A stretch of DNA of 64,000 nucleotides, taken from assembly GCA_021413905.1 (NCBI GenBank), contig JAIOPO010000001.1, positions 137,159 through 201,158 on the forward strand, in the 5' to 3' direction. Origin of the DNA: Candidatus Nomurabacteria bacterium. GTDB taxonomy: Bacteria; Patescibacteriota; Minisyncoccia; Phycocordibacterales; UBA9973. Positions 1-8,436 of this stretch are shown here, in pieces (the first letter of the stretch is position 1; each line of letters starts with the position of its first letter). The notes beneath the pieces were generated by a model. The model saw only the letters and a program-made list of their open reading frames with translations, made no database searches and was not told the origin of the DNA. The position numbers and the translations under genes are program-made.

Positions 1-220
1 AATTTTAAATGCTTCAAAATTAAAAATTACAGCAAAAAAATTGGAAGAAATTTATCATACTAGATATTCAGGTTATCCAGGTGGACTTAGAGTTTTAAAA
101 GGCACAGAAACAGCAGAGAAAAAAGGATTGAAAGAATTGATAAAACTCGCAACATATCAAATGCTCCCAGACAATAAAATTAGAAGGGAAATGATGAAAA
201 GCTTAAAGATTGAAGATTAA
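1..220 (+). CDS. rplM: 50S ribosomal protein L13, C-terminal fragment (start lies upstream of window)
   Basis: Frame 2 reads ...YSGYPGGLRVLKGTETAEKKGL...MLPDNKIRREMMKSLKIED with stop at 218-220. Typical L13 C-terminus, directly upstream of rpsI as in the conserved rplM-rpsI operon. Confidence 0.8.
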   Translation, partial: ILNASKLKITAKKLEEIYHTRYSGYPGGLRVLKGTETAEKKGLKELIKLATYQMLPDNKIRREMMKSLKIED

Positions 221-225
221 ATTAT

Positions 226-639
226 ATGGCAACAGAGAAAAAAACAACAGAAAAATATATTGAAGCAATAGGCAGAAGAAAAACTTCTACTGCTCGTGTT
301 CGTATCACAGAATCCAGTAAAGCTACTTTTCTAGTTAACGATAGAGATGCGAAAGAATATTTTCAAACTGAAGATCAAAGACGTCTTGTTCAAGATCCTA
401 TAGTAAAAGGAAAACCTGGTTCTAAATGGAGTGTTGAAGTTCATGTTTCAGGCGGAGGAATACATTCTCAAGCTGAAGCTGTGCGTCATGGACTTTCTCG
501 CGCTTTGACAGAATCAGAACCAGAACTTCGTGGTAAATTAAAAACACTTGGTTTCTTGAAAAGAGATCCTCGTGCAAAAGAACGTCGTAAATTCGGACTT
601 AAGAAAGCTCGTAAAGCTCCACAATGGAGTAAACGTTAA
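226..639 (+). CDS. rpsI: 30S ribosomal protein S9
   Basis: 137 aa. Contains GGGIHSQAEAVRHGLSRAL and ends KKARKAPQWSKR, the S9 signature tail. Confidence 0.95.
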   Translation: MATEKKTTEKYIEAIGRRKTSTARVRITESSKATFLVNDRDAKEYFQTEDQRRLVQDPIVKGKPGSKWSVEVHVSGGGIHSQAEAVRHGLSRALTESEPELRGKLKTLGFLKRDPRAKERRKFGLKKARKAPQWSKR

Positions 640-648
640 AATAAAAAA

Positions 649-676
649 ATCTCCCTTTCCTGGGAGATTTTTTTAT
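649..676 (+). terminator. Rho-independent terminator after rpsI
   Basis: Hairpin atctccc-tttcct-gggagat (7-bp stem) followed by T7 run. Confidence 0.6.
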
Positions 677-684
677 GCTAAAAT
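676..684 (+). promoter_or_regulatory. Extended -10 element (TGcTAAAAT) positioned for leaderless grpE transcript
   Basis: tgctaaaat at 676-684. The -10 hexamer ends 7 nt before the grpE ATG (691). No SD sequence present. Confidence 0.35.
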
Positions 685-690
685 CAATTT

Positions 691-1278
691 ATGGATGATG
701 AAGAAATAAAAAAAGTAGATAATTCTGAGCTAAAAGAAGACGATACAGAAGTCGTGGATTTTGAATTCAATGAAGATGGGGAAGAGGATTTAAAGAAAAC
801 TTTAAAGAAAATTCGCGCGGATTTAAAACAAGCTAAAAAAGAGAAAGAAGAATATTTGACCGGTTGGCAAAAAGAGCGAGCAGATTTTGTGAATTATAAG
901 AAACAAGAAGAAGAAAGAAAAGCTATGTTTTCTGAATCAATGCGTGAGAGGATTTTAACAAGTTTTCTTTCTGTTATGGATAATTTCAGTATGGCATTTT
1001 CCAATAAGGAGGCTTGGGAAAAAGTGGATGAAAATTGGCGCAAAGGTGTGGAATATATTTATGGTCAAATGTCTGGAGTTTTCGAAGAATATGGTGTAAA
1101 AAGTTTTGGTGAAATTGGAGAAGCTTTTGATCCGAGTCTGCATGAATCGATTGAAATGGTAGATACAGATAATAAAGAAAATAATCACAAAATTTCCGCA
1201 GTAATTCAAAAAGGTTACAAACTTGGTTCTCGTGTCATTCGCCCAGCGCGAGTGAATGTCTTTGAATATAAAGAATAA
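691..1278 (+). CDS. grpE: Nucleotide exchange factor GrpE
   Basis: 195 aa. Acidic N-terminus, coiled-coil region (ADFVNYKKQ), C-terminal GEAFDPSLHE...GYKLGSRVIRPARV characteristic of GrpE. Confidence 0.9.
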   Translation: MDDEEIKKVDNSELKEDDTEVVDFEFNEDGEEDLKKTLKKIRADLKQAKKEKEEYLTGWQKERADFVNYKKQEEERKAMFSESMRERILTSFLSVMDNFSMAFSNKEAWEKVDENWRKGVEYIYGQMSGVFEEYGVKSFGEIGEAFDPSLHESIEMVDTDNKENNHKISAVIQKGYKLGSRVIRPARVNVFEYKE

Positions 1279-1286
1279 TTAAATAA

Positions 1287-2984
1287 ATGTCCCACGAAAT
1301 ACAAAAAGTCACATGTCAGAATCACAACATCAGTAAACACTGCCAAGGGGAATTTACGATAGAACCCGATGATTTTGTGTTTTACAAAAAGATAAAAGTG
1401 CCTCCACCGACATTTTGTCCGGAGTGTAGAACCCAAAGAGCTATGGTTTGGAGAAATGAAACAACTTTGTATTCAGGTAATAAATGCAATCTTTGCAATA
1501 AAAGTGTTTTAACTATGTATAATCCAAAATCTGATTTTATTATTTATTGTAATTCATGTTATAGGGGAGACAAATGGGAACCAAGAGATTATGCAATGGA
1601 TTATGATTTTTCAAAATCATTCTTTGAACAATTTGAAGATTTGATGCGCAAAGTTCCTAAGAATGCATTATATAATACGAGTGGAGCTGGATTGATAGTT
1701 GATAGTCCTTATAACAATTGTGTTGGAGGGCTTAAGAATTGCTACATGTGTTTTAATTCAGCTAATTTAGAAGATTGCATGTATTCAAGAGGGGTTACAC
1801 GTTCGAAAGAAGTTTTGGATTCTTATTTTTGTAAAAAAATAGAAAATTGTTATGAGGCAATAAATACATATAATAGTGTGAATTCTTTTTGGATACAAAA
1901 TTCAAATGATATCTTAGATTCAATTTTTTTATATGATTGTGCAAATGTTTCAAATTGTTTAGGTTGTGTTAATTTGAGAAATAAAAGTTTTTGCATATTA
2001 AATGAACAATATTCCAAAGAAGAATATTTTAGTTTTTTAAATAAAATAAAAGGTTCATATTCAAATCTAGAAAATTTTAGAAATCAATTTATTTCATTGA
2101 CAAAAAGTTTACCAAAAAGAGCTAATCAAAATATTAAAACAATGGATTGCGTAGGGGATTATTTAACAGAATGTAAAAATGTTAAACATGGATTTGAAGT
2201 TATGAACTCTGAAGATTGCAAAAGGATATATTTTGGTAGGGATATAAAAGACAGTAGAGGTACTATTGGGTATGGTATAAAATCAGAGCTACTTTTAGAA
2301 TGTGTTTCCACTGGTTATACTTCTAGGGCTATCGGATGCTGGGCTTGTGAATTATCTCAAGATTTAGAATATTGTGTATCGTGTTTTCCTAGTAATAAGA
2401 ATTTAATAGGATGCGATTCTATGAGAAATTCTCAATATTGTATTTTAAATAAACAATATTCAAAAGAAGAATACGAAAAAATAAAAATACATATAAATGA
2501 AGAACTTACAGTATTAGGAGTCTATGGATTAATGTTACCTTCTGAAATTTCTCCTTTTTCTTATAATGAAACATTGGCACAAGATAACTATAATTTATCA
2601 GAAGAAGAAGTTTTAAAAGAAGGTTTTGTGTGGGAAAAAGACATACAAATGACCTCGGGAAAAGAAACCGCGGACATAAATTCTTTAGTAGATAATATCA
2701 ATGAAACTTCAGAAGATATATGTAAAGAAATTTTAGCCTGTATTGATTGTAATAGAAACTATAAAATAACTGAGCAAGAATTTTATTTCTACAAAAACAA
2801 AATTATCCCTGTTCCAAGAAAATGTTTTTATTGTAGACATCAATCAAGAATAGTGAAAAGAGGAAGTTTGAGATTTGATAAAGAAATATGTAATAAATGT
2901 AATATTGATATATATACAAATTTAAATCCCAAAGACGGAGATATAGTTTACTGTGAAAAATGTTATCAGCAAAAAGTTTATTAA
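1287..2984 (+). CDS. Cysteine-rich repeat protein with N- and C-terminal tetra-Cys zinc-ribbon-like modules, function unknown
   Basis: 565 aa, about 50 Cys. N-terminal F.FYKKIKVPPPTFCPECRTQR...C..C...YC.SCY resembles the C-terminal FYFYKNKIIPVPRKCFYCRHQSR...CNKC...YCEKCY. Internal repeats include RNKSFCILNEQYSKEEY and RNSQYCILNKQYSKEEY. Confidence 0.7.
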   Translation: MSHEIQKVTCQNHNISKHCQGEFTIEPDDFVFYKKIKVPPPTFCPECRTQRAMVWRNETTLYSGNKCNLCNKSVLTMYNPKSDFIIYCNSCYRGDKWEPRDYAMDYDFSKSFFEQFEDLMRKVPKNALYNTSGAGLIVDSPYNNCVGGLKNCYMCFNSANLEDCMYSRGVTRSKEVLDSYFCKKIENCYEAINTYNSVNSFWIQNSNDILDSIFLYDCANVSNCLGCVNLRNKSFCILNEQYSKEEYFSFLNKIKGSYSNLENFRNQFISLTKSLPKRANQNIKTMDCVGDYLTECKNVKHGFEVMNSEDCKRIYFGRDIKDSRGTIGYGIKSELLLECVSTGYTSRAIGCWACELSQDLEYCVSCFPSNKNLIGCDSMRNSQYCILNKQYSKEEYEKIKIHINEELTVLGVYGLMLPSEISPFSYNETLAQDNYNLSEEEVLKEGFVWEKDIQMTSGKETADINSLVDNINETSEDICKEILACIDCNRNYKITEQEFYFYKNKIIPVPRKCFYCRHQSRIVKRGSLRFDKEICNKCNIDIYTNLNPKDGDIVYCEKCYQQKVY

Positions 2985-2986
2985 AT

Positions 2987-3520
2987 TTATTTCTTAAAAG
3001 TTTCAAATAAAAACTTTTTTGTTTCTTCGTCTATGTATTCTGTTTTTATTATCATCATCTCTGTGGTGAGTCCTAAATCTTTTTTTATATTTTCAAAAAG
3101 GTATTCATACGGGAAAGGGGAGATCCAAGCAGAATTTTTCAAGCAGACGAAGCCCGCTTTTTTTAATAAATAGCGCAAGCTCTCTCGCTCGTTTTTTCTA
3201 TTCTCCGGCAAGTCGAGTAAAATAATCCTCCAAAATCCGTCCCAAGAAGTGTTTGCCAAAGTCGTCTCATTTTCCAGCCTTAAACTATGCATTTTCTTTT
3301 TTCCTTCTTTCGTCAGTCTCGCATAATCATTCTGCCCGGATGAGATGTGTTCTACTAGCCCTGCGTCTCGTAGGCCTTTTAAAGACCTTGTAATAGCATA
3401 CTTGTCTAGGGCGGAGGAGTTTCCTTCGCTATCTGCTTTATTGTGCAATTCTGGCAATGAAACGGCATTTTTACCCCCTAAAATCCTTATTATTTTCTTG
3501 GAAAAGTCTTTGTTTTTCAT
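2987..3520 (-). CDS. Putative PaaX-family-like transcriptional regulator (winged-helix N-terminus plus PaaX_C-like domain)
   Basis: 177 aa. N-terminal wHTH-like segment (LKGLRDAGLVEH). C-terminal WDGFWRIILLDLPENRKNERESLRYLLKKAGFVCLKNSAWISPFP matches the W.G.W...D.PE..R..LR..L...GF pattern of the PaaX C-terminal domain. Confidence 0.55.
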   Translation of the reverse strand: MKNKDFSKKIIRILGGKNAVSLPELHNKADSEGNSSALDKYAITRSLKGLRDAGLVEHISSGQNDYARLTKEGKKKMHSLRLENETTLANTSWDGFWRIILLDLPENRKNERESLRYLLKKAGFVCLKNSAWISPFPYEYLFENIKKDLGLTTEMMIIKTEYIDEETKKFLFETFKK

Positions 3521-3645
3521 AAATTTGTCCTGTCCCGTTAGAGATAGGGAATCTTTAGATTACCGTAAAAGCTCTAATGGGATTGACATACTTATATCCT
3601 ATCATATATACTGTTTTTAACAAGTATTCTGCGGTCGCGAAATAC

Positions 3646-3674
3646 TTGCAAAATAATTAGGGCTTCTATATAAT
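3646..3674 (+). promoter_or_regulatory. Sigma70-like promoter TTGCAA-N17-TATAAT driving LMW-PTP-like gene and probably dnaK
   Basis: ttgcaa at 3646-3651, 17-nt spacer, tataat at 3669-3674. ATG at 3683 implies a 1-2 nt leader. A second TTGACA-N16/17-TATATA is at 3583-3611. Confidence 0.4.
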
Positions 3675-3682
3675 AGGTTTAT

Positions 3683-4096
3683 ATGAGAAAAATTATTTTC
3701 ATTTGTAAAAGAAATAGATTTAGAAGCCAGATTGCTAAGGCTTTAACTAATAAATTACTTAGCGATAATTGGGTAGCTGAATCTTATGGATTTTTAGTTA
3801 GACCAGAAGATGAAAAAAATCCTTTTTCTAATAATCCAAAAGTAGGTGAAACAATTAAGGGTTTGAAGGAAATAGATATTGATATCTCTGATGGTTTGTC
3901 GAAACAACTTAGTTCAGAAAATTTAGAAGATGTAAATAGAATTGTTGTTTTGACTGAAGAAGAAGATATTCCAGATTGGTTTAAAAAATATGATTATGAA
4001 CATTGGAATGAAATAAAAAATTTCCCTGGAAGTCCAACTTTAGAAAAAACAAGGAGAACAATCGAGTTAGTTAAAAAAAGATTAGAAACATTATAA
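3683..4096 (+). CDS. Low-molecular-weight phosphotyrosine-phosphatase/ArsC-fold protein with divergent P-loop
   Basis: 137 aa. N-terminal IIFICKRNRFRSQIAKAL fits the LMW-PTP C-x5-R-S P-loop but with CKRNRFRS instead of C(L/T)GN(I/T)CRS. DIPDW loop downstream. Only 21 nt separate it from dnaK. Confidence 0.65.
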   Translation: MRKIIFICKRNRFRSQIAKALTNKLLSDNWVAESYGFLVRPEDEKNPFSNNPKVGETIKGLKEIDIDISDGLSKQLSSENLEDVNRIVVLTEEEDIPDWFKKYDYEHWNEIKNFPGSPTLEKTRRTIELVKKRLETL

Positions 4097-4117
4097 AATT
4101 AATTAAAATAAAAAAAT

Positions 4118-6025
4118 ATGTCAAAAATAATAGGAATAGACTTGGGTACAACAAATAGCGCGGTTGCTATTATCGAAGGAGGACAGCCGAAGATTATAGA
4201 AAATATTGAAGGGGCGAGGACGACGCCGAGTATTGTTTCCGTGGCAAAAAATGGAGACAGATTAGTGGGGCTACTTGCAAAAAGACAAGCGGTGACAAAT
4301 CCGGAAAATACCGTGTACGGTATCAAGCGTTTTATGGGTCACAATTTTGAAGATCCGGAAGTGCAGAAAGATTTAAAAAATGCTTCTTTTAAAATCCAAA
4401 AATCCGCAAACGGCGGAGTGGAAGTAAAAATCGGCGATAAATGGATGCGCCCGGAAGAAATTTCCGCGATGATTTTAACAAAAATCAAAACAGACGTGGA
4501 AGCAAAAATCGGAGAGAAAATAACCGAAGCAGTGATCACAGTGCCTGCATATTTCAACGATGCGCAAAGAAAAGCGACAAAGGATGCAGGAATGATTGCC
4601 GGTCTTGATGTGAAAAGAATTATCAACGAGCCGACAGCGGCAGCTCTTGCATATGGTTTTAATTCAAAGAAAAATGAAAAGATAGTGGTGTATGATTTTG
4701 GAGGCGGAACATTTGATATTTCTGTTTTGGAAGTGGGTGATGATGTTATTGAAGTGAAGTCTACAGATGGAGACAGTCACCTCGGCGGTCGCGACCTTGA
4801 CCACAAGATTATCGCTTGGATTGCGGATGAATTTAAAAAGACTTCAGGTGTGGATGTACGCACTGACGCATTGGCATTGCAACGTCTCGATGAAGCTGCG
4901 GAAAAAGCAAAGATAGAGCTTTCTACAGCTATTGAAACAGAAATAAATATTCCTTTTATCACTTCCACAGCTTCAGGTCCGCAACACTTACTCTTGAAAA
5001 TGTCTCGCGCTCAGCTCGAAGCTATTGCGGATGAATATGTGTCTCGTTCTATTGAGATAACAAAACGCGCGATGACTGCGTCCGGTTTTAAAATGGAAGA
5101 AATAAATGAAATTGTGATGGTCGGAGGTCAGACAAGAATGCCGAAAATTGTGGAAGCGGTGAAAAATCTTTTTGGAAAAACTCCAAACCTTTCTATTAAT
5201 CCTGACGAAGTGGTGGCTCTCGGAGCTGCGGTGCAAGCGGGAGTGTTGCAAGGGGATGTGAGGGATGTTTTGCTTCTTGATGTTATTCCATTATCTTTGG
5301 GTATTGAAACATTGGGCGGAGTGGCTACGAAACTCGTGGAAAGAAATACGACAATTCCATCAAGTAAATCACAAGTATTTTCTACAGCAGCGGATAATCA
5401 GACAAGCGTGGAAATACATATCGTGCAAGGTGAAAGACCGATGGCATCTGATAACAAATCATTAGGAAGATTTATTCTGGATGGTGTACCACCGGCACCT
5501 CGTGGTATTCCGCAAGTGGAAGTTTCTTTTGATGTGGATGCAAATGGAATACTCAATGTGACTGCGAAAGACAAAGCTTCCGGTAAAACTCAATCTATTA
5601 AAATAGAAGCGAGTTCCGGTTTGAAAGATGAAGACATAAAGAAAATGCAAGCTGATGCCGAAGTGCACGCCGAAGAAGATAAAAAGAAAAAAGAAATGGC
5701 GGATGTGCGCAATACTGCGGAGATGACATTGTACACAGCAGAGAAATCTTTAAAAGATAATGAAGCAAAAATTCCAGAAGAGGTGAAAACAGAAGTAAAT
5801 GAAAAAATCACAAATGTGCGCTCTACAAAAGACAGCACAGATATGGAAGCTTTGAAAAAAGCGGTGGAAGAGCTTTCATCTTCAATGTCTAAGATTGGCG
5901 AGGCTATGGCTAATTCTTCGGCAAGCGCAGGACAAGAACAAGCAGAATCTTCAAATGTTGAAGAGCAACCAACAGAAGTAAAAAATGAAGAAGTAAAGCC
6001 TGAAGGCGAAGAGCCAAAAGCTTAA
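4118..6025 (+). CDS. dnaK: Molecular chaperone DnaK (Hsp70)
   Basis: 635 aa. [41 protein letters not shown] and other Hsp70 signatures, with acidic C-terminal tail. Confidence 0.97.
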   Translation: MSKIIGIDLGTTNSAVAIIEGGQPKIIENIEGARTTPSIVSVAKNGDRLVGLLAKRQAVTNPENTVYGIKRFMGHNFEDPEVQKDLKNASFKIQKSANGGVEVKIGDKWMRPEEISAMILTKIKTDVEAKIGEKITEAVITVPAYFNDAQRKATKDAGMIAGLDVKRIINEPTAAALAYGFNSKKNEKIVVYDFGGGTFDISVLEVGDDVIEVKSTDGDSHLGGRDLDHKIIAWIADEFKKTSGVDVRTDALALQRLDEAAEKAKIELSTAIETEINIPFITSTASGPQHLLLKMSRAQLEAIADEYVSRSIEITKRAMTASGFKMEEINEIVMVGGQTRMPKIVEAVKNLFGKTPNLSINPDEVVALGAAVQAGVLQGDVRDVLLLDVIPLSLGIETLGGVATKLVERNTTIPSSKSQVFSTAADNQTSVEIHIVQGERPMASDNKSLGRFILDGVPPAPRGIPQVEVSFDVDANGILNVTAKDKASGKTQSIKIEASSGLKDEDIKKMQADAEVHAEEDKKKKEMADVRNTAEMTLYTAEKSLKDNEAKIPEEVKTEVNEKITNVRSTKDSTDMEALKKAVEELSSSMSKIGEAMANSSASAGQEQAESSNVEEQPTEVKNEEVKPEGEEPKA

Positions 6026-6037
6026 TACTACTAAAAA

Positions 6038-6066
6038 GCCCCGCGCCTTTGGCGCGGGGCTTTTTG
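6038..6066 (+). terminator. Strong GC-rich intrinsic terminator after dnaK
   Basis: gccccgcgcc-ttt-ggcgcggggc perfect 10-bp GC stem followed by ttttt. Separates dnaK from the downstream ATPase gene. Confidence 0.85.
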
Positions 6067-6071
6067 TTTGT

Positions 6072-7880
6072 TTGTATTTTTGGTATAATAAAAAAATGGA
6101 TTCTCACGAATTGCCAAAAAATAAAGATTTGACATATATCGGACTGACGACTTTTCGTGATAAGAAAAATCTTTTTGGTATAAAACGTAAAGACAGAAGA
6201 CAACATGTATATGTATTGGGTAAATCCGGTACCGGTAAATCCGTGCTTCTTTCCAATATGATTGTGCAAAATATCCAAAATGGAGACGGTGTTTGTGTTG
6301 TGGATCCACACGGAGAACTCGTCGAAGGAATATTACAATCCATACCAGAGAATCGCTTGAAAGATGTAGTATATTTTAATCCGGCGGATACGGATTATCA
6401 TATTGGTTTCAATGTATTGGAATTAATAGATCCGAAATACAAACATCTCGTGGCTTCCGGACTCATGGGTATTTTTACTAAAATTTGGGCTAATGCATGG
6501 AGTGCCAGAATGGAATATATTTTAAATAATGCTATTTTGGCATTGCTTGATACTCCGGGTTCCACATTACTCGGTATTCCAAGACTTTTGGTTGATAAAG
6601 ATTATCGTCAAAAGATAATAAATAATTTGAAAGACCCTGTTATCAAAGCTTTTTGGATTCATGAATATGAAGCTTGGCAAGAGAAATTTCGAAATGAAGC
6701 TATTGCACCTATTCAAAACAAAGTCGGACAATTCCTCTCTACATCTATCATTCGTAACGTTGTCGGCCAAGCAAAAAGCACGATAAATATTTTCGACATT
6801 ATGAATGAAAGTAAAATATTTTTGGTGAATGTTTCCAAAGGGCGTATTGGTGAAGATAATTCCGCTTTGCTCGGAGGTATGATAATTACAAAAATACAAC
6901 TCGCCGCGATGGAACGCGTGCGTATACCCGAAGATGACCGTAAAGATTTTTATTTATATGTGGACGAATTCCAAAATTTTGTGACGGATTCTTTCGCAAG
7001 TATTCTTTCTGAAGCTCGTAAATATCGCCTCAATCTGACTGTCGCTCATCAATACACAGCACAACTCGTCACAGACAATGGTTCTGCTGTGCGTGATGCT
7101 GTTTTTGGTAACGTCGGAACAATGATTATTTTTCGTGTCGGTGCAGACGACGCTGGCTTTTTAGAAAAAGAATTTGAACCTGAATTCACACCTCAAGATA
7201 TTGTGAATTTACCAAACTATAAAATATATTTGCGTTTAATGATAGACGGAGTGACTTCCAGACCATTTTCCGCAAAAACATTGCCACCAATAATAAAAAA
7301 TCCAGATCCAAAAATAGAGCAATCTGTAATAGATTCTTCTCGTGCATTGTATTGTTTACCAAAAGATGTGGTAGAAAGAGAAATCAATAATTGGAGTGGT
7401 ATGTCTTTGGGAGACAATGAAAATGGAAATATGGAAAAATTCCCGGCTGTTTGTTCTATTTGTAAAAAAGAAACTTTTGTCCCATTCCAACCACAACCGG
7501 GCAGACCTGTGTATTGTAAAGATTGCATAGCAAAAATGAAATCCGGTGAGTTAAAGCCATTGAGTGGTTCTATGAATCAAATAAAACAAGATGAAAGTAA
7601 ATTTTATCAACCCTTAGTTGATTTAGGTATAGAATTTAGTGATAAAGGTAATGCAAATACTAATAATATCAAACCAAAAAATAATAGTGTTATTTCTTCT
7701 GTAAAAAATATATTCAACAAAAATCAGAATTCAAATACATTGAAACCTCCGATGAATAAGAATATAAATAATTTCAATAAATTTAAAAATCCTGCTCCTG
7801 TCATAAAAAAGCCAGAAATAAAAAAAGAAACCTGTCATAAAAAAGCCAGAAATAAAAAAAGAAAATGTTGCTTTGCGTGA
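6072..7880 (+). CDS. Soluble VirD4/TraD/TrwB-like (T4CP family, FtsK-HerA superfamily) P-loop ATPase, paralog 1; reading frame broken near 3' end
   Basis: Walker A VLGKSGTGKS, then VVDPHGEL (compare TrwB GATGTGKS...DPNGD). Walker B FYLYVDEFQN. LTVAHQYTAQL fits the T4CP QxxxQL motif. No N-terminal TM segment. C-terminal CxxC...CxxC zinc ribbon and K/N/P-rich tail. Confidence 0.8.
   Translation: MYFWYNKKMDSHELPKNKDLTYIGLTTFRDKKNLFGIKRKDRRQHVYVLGKSGTGKSVLLSNMIVQNIQNGDGVCVVDPHGELVEGILQSIPENRLKDVVYFNPADTDYHIGFNVLELIDPKYKHLVASGLMGIFTKIWANAWSARMEYILNNAILALLDTPGSTLLGIPRLLVDKDYRQKIINNLKDPVIKAFWIHEYEAWQEKFRNEAIAPIQNKVGQFLSTSIIRNVVGQAKSTINIFDIMNESKIFLVNVSKGRIGEDNSALLGGMIITKIQLAAMERVRIPEDDRKDFYLYVDEFQNFVTDSFASILSEARKYRLNLTVAHQYTAQLVTDNGSAVRDAVFGNVGTMIIFRVGADDAGFLEKEFEPEFTPQDIVNLPNYKIYLRLMIDGVTSRPFSAKTLPPIIKNPDPKIEQSVIDSSRALYCLPKDVVEREINNWSGMSLGDNENGNMEKFPAVCSICKKETFVPFQPQPGRPVYCKDCIAKMKSGELKPLSGSMNQIKQDESKFYQPLVDLGIEFSDKGNANTNNIKPKNNSVISSVKNIFNKNQNSNTLKPPMNKNINNFNKFKNPAPVIKKPEIKKETCHKKARNKKRKCCFA
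7797..7864 (+). repeat. Perfect 34-bp tandem duplication (2 copies) causing +1 frameshift
   Basis: cctgtcataaaaaagccagaaataaaaaaagaaa at 7797-7830 is repeated exactly at 7831-7864. 34 is not divisible by 3. Removing one copy fuses ORF 6072.. in frame with ORF 7873..8220. Confidence 0.9.
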
Positions 7881-8220
7881 TATTTTAAATAAAACTTTGA
7901 CTGAAAATAAAACTCTTGAAATAAAAAAAGAAGAACCTAAAGTTATAGAAATTCCAAAACCTGTACCACCGGCAATATCTTTAAATGAATTGAAACCTCA
8001 AAATACAACTGTAATAAATTCAAATGACCGTTCAGCCGGAGCAGACAAAATGAATGCTTTGAAAAATTTAATTACAGAGAAAACTGAACAAAAGAAAACA
8101 GAAATGCCTGCACCCACACCTTCTGTATCTGCGACACCAAAACCTGTTATGAATGATGTCGTCCCAAAACCACCTATCAAAGAAGTCCCCGAAGAAGTTT
8201 TAAAAGGATTATTGGAATAA
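7873..8220 (+). pseudogene. Probable C-terminal continuation (about 118 aa, K/P/T-rich low-complexity tail) of ATPase paralog 1, displaced by the 34-bp duplication
   Basis: With one repeat copy deleted the upstream ORF reads ...PEIKKENVALRDILNKTL..., giving an approximately 704-aa protein. Composition continues the lysine/proline-rich tail. Confidence 0.6.
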
Positions 8221-8225
8221 ATTAT

Positions 8226-8435
8226 ATGGATATAAAAATTAAAATTTTAGAAAACAAAATTAGTATAGATGAAGTAAAAAAACTTGCTGATTTTTGGTAT
8301 GGAACGATGATAAAAGGAGCCGTGGACATCGAAAATGGTAGAGTCGCATTAGGTAATCGTTCTAGAAACATAGTAAATCAAGAAGTTACCCAAACAGCAA
8401 CTCAGATTATTCATAAATTTATTGATTTAAAGTAA
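8226..8435 (+). CDS. Small hypothetical protein (69 aa)
   Basis: ORF with a 5-nt gap after the upstream ORF. Sequence LADFWYGTMIKGAVDIENGRVALGNRSRNIVNQ is vaguely reminiscent of small CPR-restricted DUF families. No confident assignment. Confidence 0.4.
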   Translation: MDIKIKILENKISIDEVKKLADFWYGTMIKGAVDIENGRVALGNRSRNIVNQEVTQTATQIIHKFIDLK

Positions 8436-8436
8436 T

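Noticed and set aside
955-1436. Minus-strand ORFs (84 and 73 aa) inside and overlapping grpE and the Cys-rich gene.
   Set aside because: Shadow ORFs in AT-rich sequence opposite well-supported genes. No motifs.
2987-3520. PaaX-like regulator as a Cas2 homologue (similar C-terminal fold pattern).
   Set aside because: It is twice the size of Cas2, has an N-terminal wHTH, and no cas genes or repeats are nearby.
640-4120. CIRCE (HrcA operator) upstream of grpE/dnaK.
   Set aside because: No TTAGCACTC-N9-GAGTGCTAA-like inverted repeat found by eye. The hairpin at 649-668 is a terminator of rpsI, not CIRCE.
4099-6311. Several 60-130-aa ORFs on both strands overlapping dnaK and the start of ATPase paralog 1.
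   Set aside because: All lie antisense or out of frame within the unambiguous dnaK coding region. Spurious.
7797-7864. The 34-bp tandem repeat as a possible CRISPR or minisatellite array.
   Set aside because: Only two identical copies with no spacers, and it lies inside a coding region. It is a simple tandem duplication. No CRISPR arrays are visible anywhere in the window.
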